Below are positions 51,777-64,000 of a stretch of 64,000 nt of DNA, in pieces. The stretch is taken from positions 124,001 to 188,000 of the forward strand of contig JAPETS010000034.1 in NCBI GenBank assembly GCA_026023565.1, written 5' to 3'. The DNA is from Cirrosporium novae-zelandiae. Taxonomy: Eukaryota. The position numbers were made by a program, and so were the translations under genes. The notes beneath the pieces are model-generated. The model saw only the letters and a list, made by a program, of their open reading frames with translations, made no database searches and was not told where the DNA came from. Numbering within the stretch: the stretch's first letter is position 1; the number at the start of each line of letters is the position of its first letter.

Positions 51777-53436
51777 TTAAGCCAGCCTTGTTATATCACG
51801 AATTTTATTATACTCTTGTATTTCATATGGAGTTGGTCTCTTGGCGGCACCCTCGAATCGAATCGAGCCTTGACCGTTGACCCTCACTAACGTGAACCGA
51901 TACATTGCCGTGTCTATATCCAAGATTTCATATCCGGTGATCTTGTATAGGCCATCATATCGAAACCCTAAGGTTGGCCGATACTTGTTCTTGGAAGATA
52001 AGCGGAACGATCGTAGGACTCGAATTTCGTTGTGAGTTGCACTTGATATGAGCATGCATCTCGTGTAGAAGGTAGGGTTATGGTCTTTATTTCGAGTCCC
52101 ACAATAAGTGATCTTATCGCCTTCATCTATGTTGGCATACTCGTCATTGCTTATGACAATGGAATAGGCACCTTTTTCCAAGTCTCCATATATACCAGCC
52201 TCAATCGCTCCATGAGCACCATCTCGAATGGCACAGACTTGAAACGGCCACCATTGACCATTGTGCAAAGAACCCTGTCCAATGTGGTTTGATGGAATAA
52301 GGAAAGGGTGCTCGGTCCAAATTGATCGAGAAGTGCAGGTCTTTTGGGCATTTCCATTTTTTAGCACCATAATCCCACGCAGAAGGTCGTGGTCGATATC
52401 ACCTTTCATCCATCGGGAGAAAAGGGCTTGTGCATCTAGCCTTATGTCTCTAGGAAATTTGAACGCCCATGTACCGTCAAACAAAAGACGGAGACCATGG
52501 CCCTTCTCGAGGACTCTTGATAGTTTAATGATAGGGCCATCCAGAAAGGGAAAGAATTCCATTTTATGTACTTCGTCTCGAACGCGATTAACAAATATAC
52601 TCTGTTCGGTCCGATCTTGCGTCTTCATGATATTTTTGATTAAGGTTGTCAGATACCGAAGTGCCTCTAGCTGGGAGCGCATGATCTTTGAGTTTGCATC
52701 AATATTCTGATACCATTCTGAAGACCAAAGCCTTGCAATTTGGGGTGGTTTTCTAGTATCTATGATTGTGCTGCGAGTTGTTAGACTTAGGGAATTTCTT
52801 GGTAAAACCCAGTATTACTTACGACGTTTCCCAACTAGGCGGCTGGGTGCCCCAGGTCTTTGGAGGAGGCGTAAACGGGTTCACTCCATCGGGGTCTGGT
52901 CGATTATTTATCTTTGGACACGGGATTCCCGGGGTTAGTAAAGTGATATTACTAGTAGTATTGATGGGCTTGTCAGGACTAGAATAGCTTTTAGCAGTAG
53001 GAGATATTTTCTTCTTTTCTTCTGTCAATTTTCGGTAGAAACTTCTACGAGAAATGCCTGAACCTGTCACTGAGAAGCGGCGCTTCATATGATTCCGTGA
53101 AATTATATTACTTTCAGACGGTAACGATCTTTGGATTAGGTCTAGCCGTCCTTTGCGGGGGAGTGCAGATCCACTGCTAGGGTGAGGGAGTTGGAATGAA
53201 CGAAAGACCGAAGTCATACTGCCGCCACTGAGATTAGGGCCAGACTTCTGGCCAATTGGTGAATTAGTTGGCATCTTCTGAAGACTGGTGGCTAGGTTGG
53301 ACCTAGTTTCATATAATGAAGAGTGATTCTGATTGGTAGCTATAGAGATCAGAGGACCAGTTGGTTTCCTTGACTGTTCTAGAGTGCCAGGATTTACCTC
53401 ACTGGAACTATTGGACAGCTCATGAGAATCTTTCAT
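51777..53436 (-). CDS. SRA/YDG-domain protein
   Basis: RDGAHGAIEAGIYG..GAYSIVIS..IDEGDKITYCGT..IRVLRS..YRPTLGFRYDGLYKI; intron 52771-52822 joins a low-complexity N-terminus. Confidence 0.85.
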
Positions 53437-54384
53437 TGTGTTATTTTGAACAATTAATGATTGAAGGTTAACCTGATATATATCAGAAGTCTGTGTATCT
53501 GGTAATACACTGTTCTGTGTCTGATAAGCAGTAGCTCTCTTAGTTCAGTGGCGAGCAGCTATAGTAAAGCATTCATCCCAAGACATGTCATATATAGACG
53601 TAGGAGGAGGTGTCTGTGATATTTTGGAAAGATTAAAGTAAGGAAAGGTGATGAGAAAAAGTAATGGAATGGTATAGCTAGCAAGATATGTAACCTTGTA
53701 TATTTAGAGAGGTGAACCTCGTGGAAAGTGCCTTTATTTATTTAGGAAATGTAGTATATACCAATGTAATTGAGATATCAGGAAGAGATTATTATTCTTG
53801 TCACTGTTATGGTCATGAAAGAATTTGTTGAGGTTGATGGAAATTGGAAGAGCAACTTCACTGCTAAATCAAGTTATATGCCTTAGACACCTTGTCATGG
53901 TCATCAACTTCGCTTTATCTGCCCTACCCTTTTCGGATAGTCTATGTCAGCCGAGTATGGTTCTTGTGAGAGCTTCTCTCACTGAGGGGTAAATTTTATG
54001 TAATTGTGTGGAATCTTGGTGAGCTGAGAGCTCAGCGGAGACCCTTATCTAGAAGGGATGGCGCACGGGTCACCTAGGGCAAGAGCCCTGGTGTTGGGTC
54101 CTACTAACCGTAACAGTTCCATTAGATATATAATACATATATCTTTGAGGAGCTGCTTGCGGTTCAAGTAAACCAATCCGACGTTGATACAAAGTGAAGT
54201 GGTTGGATTAGACTTACATAACCAGATTTAGATAAAAACGTAAGCAATTTGCCCAAAGCAACACCATAACCACTCTATCACCATTGTTTATTGAGAAAAG
54301 CATTCGCAAGACAATAACGGCGGAGCTTAGCAGTTATAAGTCTCACTACATGTTGTGATTTCTAACATTCAATCGTTCTCGTCA

Positions 54385-55596
54385 ATGTTCCAACACTATC
54401 GCCCAATTGTTAGACAATCCCGTCCCGTCACTACATCATTTTCATGTTTATTTCAACCTCGAATATCACTCCCACGCCAGTCGTCATTTAATGGATCTAC
54501 TCAACGGTTAAGTAAGGATCAAAGGCAACTGAGTACCATTGCTGCTGTTCTTCTTCCGCCTGCTGTTTTTTCGGGCTTGTTTGTTTCACTATGGTTTTAC
54601 AAATGTTGCATGTTGGTATTGTTTCAAAATAAAATTATTTATATGCCCGGAATTCCCCCATTCTCTCGCTCCGAGAAGATCTCCGACTATGCCAAAGCAT
54701 GTTTTCCTATTCAATGGCAAGAGAAACATATCAAGTCATCAGACGGTGTGGACATTGCATTATGTATTGGTAAACCCCCAACCACAAACGATGAGCTATC
54801 GCAAAAGGAGCAAAAGCCTCTTCGTCATGTCTTGACTTTGTACTTTCAAGGGTGAGGGCTCTTCATGCTCTATACTTCGTGTGCTAATGATTATAGAAAT
54901 GCATCCTCGCTACCCCCACGATTGCCCTTCTTGTCAAGTACCTTGAGGATGGCTCAGCATGGTGGTAGACAGGCTATTAATTTAAAGCATACCATAATTG
55001 CCATTTCTTACAGAGGCTTCTGGACCTCGAGGGGCCGACCATCTCAAAGAGGAATTGAATTTGATGCCGACTCGGCGCTGCGGTGGGTATTTAATGAATA
55101 TAGAACAGCAGAAAAAGATACCCGGCTTGTGATCTGGGGCCAAAGTATAGGTGCGGGGGTTGCAGCAGGTGCAGCAGCCCGCCTTCTAGCAAATGCACCA
55201 CCAATGAAAGCGCCTAGGATTTGTCTTATTGATGGAGTCATCTTGGAGACGCCCTTTACAAGCATTCGCGATATGCTTATTGCCCTCTACCCGCAGAAGT
55301 TTCTTCCATATAGGTACCTGTGGCCTTTTCTCTGGAACTGGTGGGATACTAGAAATGCATTAGACTCATTGGCGAGCCATGCACGAGATACATTACCGGA
55401 GGTATTGATCATTCAAGCCGACAACGATGAGATCGTACCCTTGGAGCATGGCAAAGAACTTGAAGAAATCTGTTCAAGAAAAAAAATTACAGTTGAGCGG
55501 CGTCTCGTTACGGGGGCATTACACACCGAAGCCATGGCAAAAATAGGTGGACGACAGTCAGTTGCTACTTTCCTGAACAAGGTTGGGAGCAGCTGA
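54385..55596 (+). CDS. Alpha/beta hydrolase, Bem46/ABHD13-like
   Basis: TM segment then FQNKIIYMP, LYFQG|NA, SYRGFWTSRGRPSQRG, WGQSIG nucleophile elbow, LETPFTS, DEIVP, C-terminal His; intron 54852-54896. Confidence 0.88.
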
Positions 55597-56572
55597 CAGT
55601 TCACCTAATACCTATATTAACTTTAGGTGCCTCACAAACCCGATATTTAAGCTCTCTAAGAGGGATATTAATTTCACAGAGAACAAGTTCGTTACTGGTC
55701 AACTGGGCCAATCATGGATTTCTCTCGGATACTCGAATCTCTAAGCCGCTATTTTCAATACTGATATGGCTTGCAGTAGTGGTGGAACCCAAATGGAATT
55801 GGTTTTTTTTTTTAAATTTACAGCATGCAAGGGGAGCTTGGCAACTAGAAAAACAAAAGATTGATACAGCAATTAATTGCCAATCAGGAACAAAAAAAGA
55901 ATGTCAAGGAATGGTTATCATGACGGTAATTTAGATGGTGGATTTAACATGAGTGAACCTTGTAGGAAAGTAACTAACGAGGTTTTTGTTTGCTGAAAAT
56001 TTGTGATGAATTTCTTTTGTGAAAAATCTGTTCCCCTCCACACCCTCGGCCCTTGACGATAATCCTAACAGGGCGCTAAAAGGGAAGCGGAACCAGCTCC
56101 CCGGATATGATGAGACAGCTCATCCCTGTTGATCCCTGAAACCCAAGCTTTTGGAAGAGTCATCTAACCATTTACGGTATTAATTATCTCCCATCACGGG
56201 ATCTGGCGAATAGTCCGCGAATGAACATGACACGTCCAATTCGCGTCCCACCGAGTTGCCTAGATAGAGATAACGCAGTATCTACCCCCTACAGTACTGC
56301 GCCCAAGTACCCTCAGCTACTTAAGGCCAGCTATTCTCCCCCATTCATGAACGCTCTGGTCTTCTTTTTTTTTTCTCCAGCCCGCGTGTCGATGCATCCG
56401 AGGTCCTGAGGCATCATTCTGTTGAAAGGTCAATGCCAATTCTTCCATCCATTCCAGAATCCTCCATCGTCTATGGTATTTAGAGAGAGCAATCTGCATC
56501 CTGCATCATTTAGTATTTAACAAATACTAGCGTCCTTTGACCGTCTGAAATTGAACTTGGCAGCATTTCACT

Positions 56573-57661
56573 ATGTTTGCTAGAAAATCCCATAAAAATG
56601 AAAGCTTCTCTAAATACCGAGCCGGCAAATCCTCTCATCCTCATAAATCCAAACGTTCCTTTCGCGAACGCTCTGGATCTGCTGCCACTAGACATCACGC
56701 AGAAAGGGAAGCTTCCAAGAAGCCAGATACTTCTCCGATTCCAGCGTCCCCAGCGTATGTTGTAACCCTACTTATCTACCACCCTACATCCCCTAGCTAT
56801 CTCAACTGACACCCTACCAAGCTTCCTCACCTCCCCAATCATAACTATCAACGTCGGACCATCCCGTCGTCTCTTCGCCGCCCATGAAGACGTTCTATCC
56901 CTCTCCCCCTACTTCGCTTCTCAACTCTGTGATCAGTTCTTTGAACCCCACACCAAGCGCATAGAGCTGCCAGACGAGCAGGCTGAGATCTTCTCCGCCG
57001 TCCTTGAATACCTCTATAAAGGCGACTACTCACCCCAACTTGTCCACAACAAGCGTCGGGACAACTGGGAACTCGAGGGACAGGAAGAAGGACGTGGGGG
57101 CGCTGAACCAACAATTGTGGACCAGGAAACTGGCGAGGATATTTTGAAAGATACTGCTGTTTAGTAAGTCCCATTCATTATCCACCAACCCGTCTTATGG
57201 TCTACCATACACTAGAAATCTTTCTATTCTATCTGCTAATATCGCTTACAGCTGCGCCGCAACCCGCTTCTCCCTTCCCTCCCTTTCGGCTCTCGCTCTT
57301 CGCAAACAAGGCCTCCAAACCGGCATCCAATGCAGCACCATTCTATCCTCAGCACGTTTTGCCTACACCAACACACCTGACACAGACTCCAAGCTGCGAG
57401 CGCACTACCTAGCTCTAATCATAAGGAGCCGAGCCACGTTCAAGCGTAGCGGTACTATGCAAAAGGAAATGGAGAGGGGTGGGGTGCTGTTTTTTGATTT
57501 GTTTGTTGCTATGTGTAATCATATGGTGAGTGTGATTCTGATGGAAGTGGAAATGGAAATAGAGAGGGGGTATACGTATGTATATGTGCTGACGAGTAAT
57601 TTTTGCCTATGCTTTCTAGGACGACATCACCGCTGCAGCACACAAATCCCCGCATTTCTAG
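56573..57661 (+). CDS. BTB/POZ-domain protein
   Basis: Spliced model reads FLTSPIITINVG..FAAHEDVLSLSPYF..IELPDEQAEIFSAVLEYLYKGDY..V|YCAA..ALRKQGLQTGI..KLRAHYLALII..FFDLFVAM; three GT-AG introns, largely missed by the ORF track. Confidence 0.85.
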
Positions 57662-59210
57662 ACTAGCTTCAAATGATACGATTGGACGACCAACGAACAA
57701 CCTAAAGTACAATCGCCGCTCACCTGTCTACTCATTCGATTCTTCAGCCCCCTCTAGCATTTTTCTCAGATGCCTTGATCTATCCATCACCTACCCACTC
57801 CCTGTACTTCTACATCCACACTTACAACCCCCTTATCCTCAGCCAAGGTCAAGGCAAATACTAAATGTTTCGTATTTCATTTGTTCTCGTTTCTCTTCGC
57901 ATTTTCAAAATCTCTTCAGGTTCGAACCTATACTTTACTATACCCCCAAAAAAAGGAAAGGATCTTATTCGATATTTTAATTTAATCTTGGAATGGTTGG
58001 GATGACTGAGATGAAACTTCTTTTTGCGACATTTTGGTTCCGGGAATGAATCGTTTGGTTTGGGGATTGGGGGATGTTGTCGTGTATTATATTATCATTA
58101 TTATTATACCACATTTACTAGAAGACAGAAATCTTGGTTGGGACGAGGATGGGAATAAAGAATACTATGGAGTTTAGCTTTTGTGGAAGATATTGACATA
58201 GGCATTTCTATTGGGCTTTTTCCATTCTGAACATTTCCGACTAACTATTAGAGCCTTTTTTAGTCGTCGTCATCGGCAGCGACAGTGGAAGCGGAAAATA
58301 ATGTCTGATCTGATGACACAGCGAATATTAACATGAAGCCCTCCATCTCCCCTCTGCAAATTTACCATAAATAAAATCATCGCTTCTTTCATGTCTTTGA
58401 GCTCTATCGGCGAGACACCAACTTGCATGTATGTATTAACATCCACATGACTCATATCTCCCGTTTGGCAACCGTATTAGCCGCTAGAGAATACGGTAAA
58501 AGTTGGTTAGGTAGGCATCATCTGTCATCCATACATAAGTTTGAAAATGCATTTTGCAACCAGTTTGCTCGTGTTCCAGAGGGTGGGGTTTTCTTGAATC
58601 GTTTAGTGAGGTATTAGAATAGAAGTTAAGATAAGGTGGTTCCTGCATTTGGGCTATAGAAGTTGCATAAGTGTGACGATAATGATGCTTATGATTGGGT
58701 ATTTGAGGGATGCTGATTAGTTAGTTGGTGACTCGAGTGAGAAGCATACTACTGGTAAGTAACTAGTTGCCTAGTAAGTTGTGCGAAGAAGCCGGAGCTA
58801 ACTGCGAAATATTCATATGCAGCCCCTTAGGCTGTTGTGTGAGAATGATAAAAATGTGATGGGTGGTGTTGACTTGGGTTGGAGGCTTGGCTTTCCATAT
58901 CATGGCGGGGATATACCCTCGATGCGGATATACGGCAAATAGCAAGGCAAGGGGGAGCAACATTAAGAGTCATCGTTAGGGTCTTGCGAAGTGCAATATG
59001 TATGTATGCGTCATTCATCCCAACCGTCCCATGAAAGCACCCCTCCATCGCTATTGCATTTGTGGAGCAAACAAAGAAGTTCGCCATCCGATGCGGATAT
59101 ATTTATGTAGTAGTTAGGCCATCAAGTTCAGCATTCTTGAAGTTCAGATAGATGGCAAGGTTAGGTCCGGAAGGGGTGAACTTTAGATTTTGAGTTGGAC
59201 TGAATTAAAC

Positions 59211-60998
59211 TCATACCCCTGTTCCGGGGAAGGCGGAGTTGTTTTTACTTAGCACCACGATGCCCCGTTCACGAGCGATGTAACCTTTCATCAGGTTCTG
59301 AATTGGAGAAGAAAGTAGTTAGTCGTTGTTTAGTAGTCAAGTAAATTGCAGGCAGTGAGTTGTGTTAAGCGAAATGGAGGGGAGACTTAAGGATGCCTAA
59401 GGTATGATATTGATACCTTGAGAGGCGTGCATGAGATAGGGGGGGGCATCAAAAAATTAAGCAGGAATCCATTGGTACTAACCTTGTATATCATATTGGC
59501 TAACAAACACTCGACTTCGTCCATATCTACAGGTGCACTTTCTTCCGCCCTCTTGCCAACTCTCAATGCGGCCGCAAACTCCGCAACAGGCACTCGAGTT
59601 CTTCTGATAGGCGCACCTCCATCCTTAGGAGTCTCGAATCCGCCTGCCACGAAGACTTTGCGGAATAAATTTCGGGTTGCAATATCACGGCCTCGCTCAA
59701 GGGTTAAGTAGATTCGTCGTTTAACAAATTCGTCTTCGCCGGCTTTAAGAGCTTCATCAAAGCCGGCAAGATCACCACGACGGATGCAACTGCCAAGAGG
59801 AGTGAACAAAGCAGCGAGACGAGGGTAAGGAGCTATGAGCGAAGGTGTGGGGAGCGTATGGGTTGTAAGAAGGCGACAGGGGACGAGGTAAGTTAGAATG
59901 AGTCTGTTAAGTATGAGAATCGATAGCGCAACTTGTGAGCAACGAAAGGCCCCAATAAATGCAAAGACTTACTCGCGATTCTTATGAGCGTCTTTATGAC
60001 ACATATTCCAGGCAGCCATCAGGTTTTCTTCTGCCTAAAAGGTAGCTACGTCAGCACATCCGCCTTGGAAGGAGAGGAACATCCATATACTTTGAGATAA
60101 TCTTCCTCAAGGAAGTATATCACACCTAGATAGTACTTGAAGGTGACAACGTGAGACTTGGGGAATTGTTCTAAAGCTGGCATATCCGTGACTGATGCTC
60201 CTAGAGCTCGAATAATGTTCTTGCATAACCCAATTGAGTTCAACTTGCAGAATCAATCAGCTTCAGTTACTACTCTACGTTAATAGACAAAGTAAACAGA
60301 CCTTGAAGTATGTCTTGAAAAGAAGACCTGTTGTATAATATAACCCCCATTTTCGTGATTCTTCAGGGGGGGCCCTACCGAGTTGCGACTAGGTCAATGA
60401 CTGATAACGGTTTGATTTCGATACCCACATACCTATCGCTAATGCATAAGGTAAAAATTCTGTTGATGACTCTCGCGGCTTCTTCTAAGTTTTCATTATT
60501 GCCGAATCCACCTACCACGTCGTCTTGAAAACCCGCATTGAAAGTGACAGCGCCTTTCTTCTTCGCTTGAGCGTCGGCTTTGATGGCAAATATGCGAAGG
60601 TACCTCCCAACGACGTAAAGGCAAGGAACAGTCCAAGACTGGAATCCATGGCTCGAATAGCCTCTTATCAATGTGTTTGCGACTTCTTTCCAAGCTGTGA
60701 AAACCTTTCGCCAATCTCCTTTCGGGGAGCCATCTTCTGCTTTCAGCAACTCACCTGCAACCTTCCAGTATGAGGCGTAGATTTCGGCCCAAGCATTTCG
60801 TTCGGTTTTGGAGAGGTAAAACCCAGTGGGATTATTGTAGTTGAGAGCATGATTTATATCCTGTTGAACACTGTGATGGTTGGTATCGTTATGGAAGACG
60901 TGTAATAAGTTGAGGTTATCTGGTGTAATCGTGGCAGCGAGTTGCGGTCCAGAGCCAAGGACTTGAGCTTGCTTGAAGTTCGCGATGAGCTTTTCCAT
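59211..60998 (-). CDS. CSN12: PCI-domain protein Csn12/PCID2-like
   Basis: [70 protein letters not shown]; multiple introns. Confidence 0.9.
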
Positions 60999-61365
60999 GG
61001 TGATTTCCCAATCTATATGCTGTAAGTTTGGTGAAATATATATTAACTCTGGGAATGTCTCATTGTCAGTTGGTTTGCATTAAATTTAGGAAATTGTGAG
61101 ATACAGCTTGCTTTATCTGCAAAGTTCTGTTATAAGCAGTCGACCTTCATGAAAGTGACGATGGAGAGCTCTCCTAGTGCCGAAAGCGGTTAGACTAGGG
61201 TTCTCTTGAGATGCCCACAACAGCTCCTCACTTCGATTTCGCGCCAAATTCTCAGTGACCAACTTCAACAATTATCATCGACGACTACACGACGACGACA
61301 GTTACTGCACATCAAAGTAAGTTGTCCTTCTAAATACGCTTCTACCATTTGCTAATTCAAATTAG

Positions 61366-62365
61366 ATGGGTAAGCAAAATTTCTTTTACCAGTCTTCGAG
61401 CATCTCAACCCAGAATACTCCTAGAGGTTCCCGATCGCAAGGCTATCGAGATGGAGGGAAACAATACACACAATGATTAGATATGCTTGAGAATGGAGTT
61501 TTACCATATGCTCTTGTTTTTTTGGATGTGGGAACTTCGTTACGGCTACTAGATTTCCAACAATGTGGTTCCTGGGAGGAGTTTTATATTTGGGCCATAT
61601 TCGACCAGGGAAATTATAAATACCATAACAAACAGCAAACACCCTGGATACTGGCAGAGAGATAGAATAAAGATTTCGAAATTTTAGGCTGATCGGAACT
61701 GTTTGCAGGTCGTCTTCTAGAATATCAGGTTGTCGGAAGGCATTTGCCAACCGAGACCAACCCGACACCTAAGCTTTATCGCATGCGCATCTTTGCCCCC
61801 AACACAGTCGTCGCCAAGTCAAGATTCTGGTACTTCCTTATGAAGTTAAGGAAAGTTAAGAAGGCCAACGGTGAGATCATCAGCTTGAACGTGGTATGTA
61901 CCCGAGCAACCTGTACCTTTAGGGTCTGCAGCGACGTGACCGTAATATGCTACTTACACATCATTTAATGAATTAGATTCATGAGAAGCGCCCAACCAAG
62001 GTCAAGAATTTTGCTGTCTGGCTCCGATATGACTCCCGTTCAGGTACTCACAACATGTATAAAGAGTACCGTGAGATGAGCCGCACGGATGCTGTGGAGG
62101 CCATGTATCAGGATATGGCCGCACGACACCGCGCCAGGTTCAGGTCCATTCACGTATGTCTTAACTTTCTAAGCTATATTATTTATTTACTAACAATATG
62201 ATCTAGATCCTCAAGGTTGCTGAAATTGAGAAGACGGCAGATGTCAAGAGACCATACCTCAAACAACTTTTGGTCAAGGACCTTAAGTTCCCTCTCCCTC
62301 ACCGTGTACCCAAGGTTGGTGGAAAGAAGGTGTTCGCTCCAAGGAGACCAAATACTTTTGCTTAA
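61366..62365 (+). CDS. RPL20: 60S ribosomal protein L20 (eL20/L18a)
   Basis: [59 protein letters not shown]; start codon lies in a 4-nt exon. Confidence 0.96.
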
Positions 62366-63187
62366 GTGGGGAATGATCAGTGCGTGTGACGAAGTAGGGG
62401 AAGGGCACGTGGGGTTTCGCCTCGTCTTTTAGGTGGATAGGGCGATTATGGTGACAACTAGAATACTCAAAAATAAGCTGCATCATGGAAAGTGCAGGTT
62501 CAATTAAATGACAATTTTCTACGCACAGGGATATTTTTCTGTTGATGAAAAAAAATATTACAAAATCAAGACTACAGCCTGTCAGGAGAAAAAAAAATCT
62601 AGTTATTGATGATGTGTGTCTTCGTCTTCATAGGTAGAAGTAAGGCAGGGGGCACATCTATCCAATTATGGCAATGAGATGTTTGTAGAACTAACGTGAT
62701 TAGATATGCTTCCCTTATGCTTCCTTAGATTCCGAAAAGCTTCCAATAATCTTCTATCCGGAGTTCATCATCCCCACCAGACACTTCATTGTGCGTCGCT
62801 TGGTTTTACAGCCAAGAATGACCCCAACAACGCCCAAGGCCCAACCCAACATCCCAGTGCCCCCTTAAACCACTTCCAATTCGCGACAGCCTATATCTTT
62901 GAGTTTGTTACTGAGGAAATCTGAATCATGAATGTAAACAAGAACCGAATGATTCAAATCACTTGATATTAATATTTCTGTACAGAATGGAACTTGTTTC
63001 ATTCTCAAGCCAAATTGAGACTTATTTACAATTAGCACCTACTTTGTTCGATGTTTTCCAATGGCGCTCTAGGTTTGGAGATCCGCGACTTCCCTGTAAA
63101 GAATGCGACTAATTCAAATAATTCCCAGGCCTTTTCTCATGTGGGAGATATGGAGAGAGGTTGGACAGTAGCATTCCTCAGGACCCC

Positions 63188-64000
63188 ATGGAGAATGCAA
63201 ACAAATCCCTTAATGGCGTTGGACTGAATGGGAGCCGTCCTTCTCGGCTGCCTCGTGGACGTTCAAAACGAAACTCGAACAATTCACCTTCTGCAAATCC
63301 ATCAGCAGCTGGAGAACGTCCAGATCCTTTCAGTCGACAGAACCGACGGCTGCAATTACGCAATGCCGGGTTTCATGGATCTTTCATCTCTACTAGAAAG
63401 ATAAGCCCAAATGCGCCGTCATGGCCAAATATATTTGACGAGAATCGTTGTCCCGATCGCAAGGAGAGTAGCGGTTGTTCGTCGCAAGGACGAATACGTT
63501 ACGGCGAGGATAATCAACCGGCTTCCGTGAGCATACTACAAGAAATCAGTAATTCTACCCAAGGAAGACGACAACATTCACTCTACCTTGGCTCTAGCAT
63601 ATTTCAATACGAATCTACAGAGAAGAAGAATGAAGTTTCGGAGGTTCCAGTTCCCCCTTGGTATTCAGAACTCTTTGCAGATACATCGCCCACGGTTAAA
63701 TCCCAATCAGTTGCTGTGGAGGCGATGAAGTCACACCCAGCTTCATTGCGATCATCTACTCCTCCACCGCTGAGACCCCCGCTGACGCGACGAACGAAGC
63801 TAAACATTAACTTAAGATCGGCTAGCCTCGAGGCTGCTAAATACATTGAGTACCTAGAAAACCAGCTTACCGCAATTCAAACTCAGCAAGATTTGTTACC
63901 ATCGCCTCGGAGACGGGATTCAGAACCAGCCCAGCTGCGAGCGCTAGCCAGTGAAGTACGAATATTGCGCGAGGAGGTTGAGCATTGGGAGAGTCAATTC
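63188..64000 (+). CDS. Hypothetical coiled-coil protein, truncated by the window end
   Basis: Stop-free frame from ATG 63188 to the end of the window; heptad-like EAAKYIEYLENQL..LRALASEVRILREEVEHWESQF. Confidence 0.7.
   Translation, partial: MENANKSLNGVGLNGSRPSRLPRGRSKRNSNNSPSANPSAAGERPDPFSRQNRRLQLRNAGFHGSFISTRKISPNAPSWPNIFDENRCPDRKESSGCSSQGRIRYGEDNQPASVSILQEISNSTQGRRQHSLYLGSSIFQYESTEKKNEVSEVPVPPWYSELFADTSPTVKSQSVAVEAMKSHPASLRSSTPPPLRPPLTRRTKLNINLRSASLEAAKYIEYLENQLTAIQTQQDLLPSPRRRDSEPAQLRALASEVRILREEVEHWESQF

Noticed and set aside
58920..59101. 13-nt direct repeat CGATGCGGATATA at 58920 and 59089
   Set aside because: Only two copies, with no element features between them.

Overview
Gene-dense, intron-containing genomic DNA from a filamentous ascomycete (Pezizomycotina-type GT..CTRAC..AG introns and gene families). 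No transposons, CRISPR or prokaryotic elements were found. I could reconstruct about 21 protein-coding genes by hand. In order they are: BuGZ/ZNF207-like, Y14/RBM8A, GH76, three adjacent Myb-like factors, a Zn2Cys6 factor, an NCS1 permease, ATG2, a CNT nucleoside transporter, an adenosine deaminase, a UbcH10/Ubc11 E2, CHK1, a Cys-rich single-pass surface protein, TIM10, mitochondrial LysRS, an SRA/YDG protein, a Bem46-like hydrolase, a BTB protein, CSN12, RPL20 and a partial coiled-coil protein. There is also an intron-containing tRNA-Leu(CAG) with a decayed tandem copy. The strongest non-coding signal is a complete TPP riboswitch inside a 5'-leader intron of the NCS1 permease. It comes with alternative donors, an out-of-frame overlapping uORF and three separate segments complementary to the aptamer P4/P5 core, one a perfect 13-mer about 260 nt upstream. 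Other highlights are a consensus 3'UTR intron in the EJC core gene Y14 (candidate NMD autoregulation) and a cluster of three divergent two-repeat Myb genes. Gene identities come from recognising motifs; no searches were run, and exon boundaries are manual predictions.
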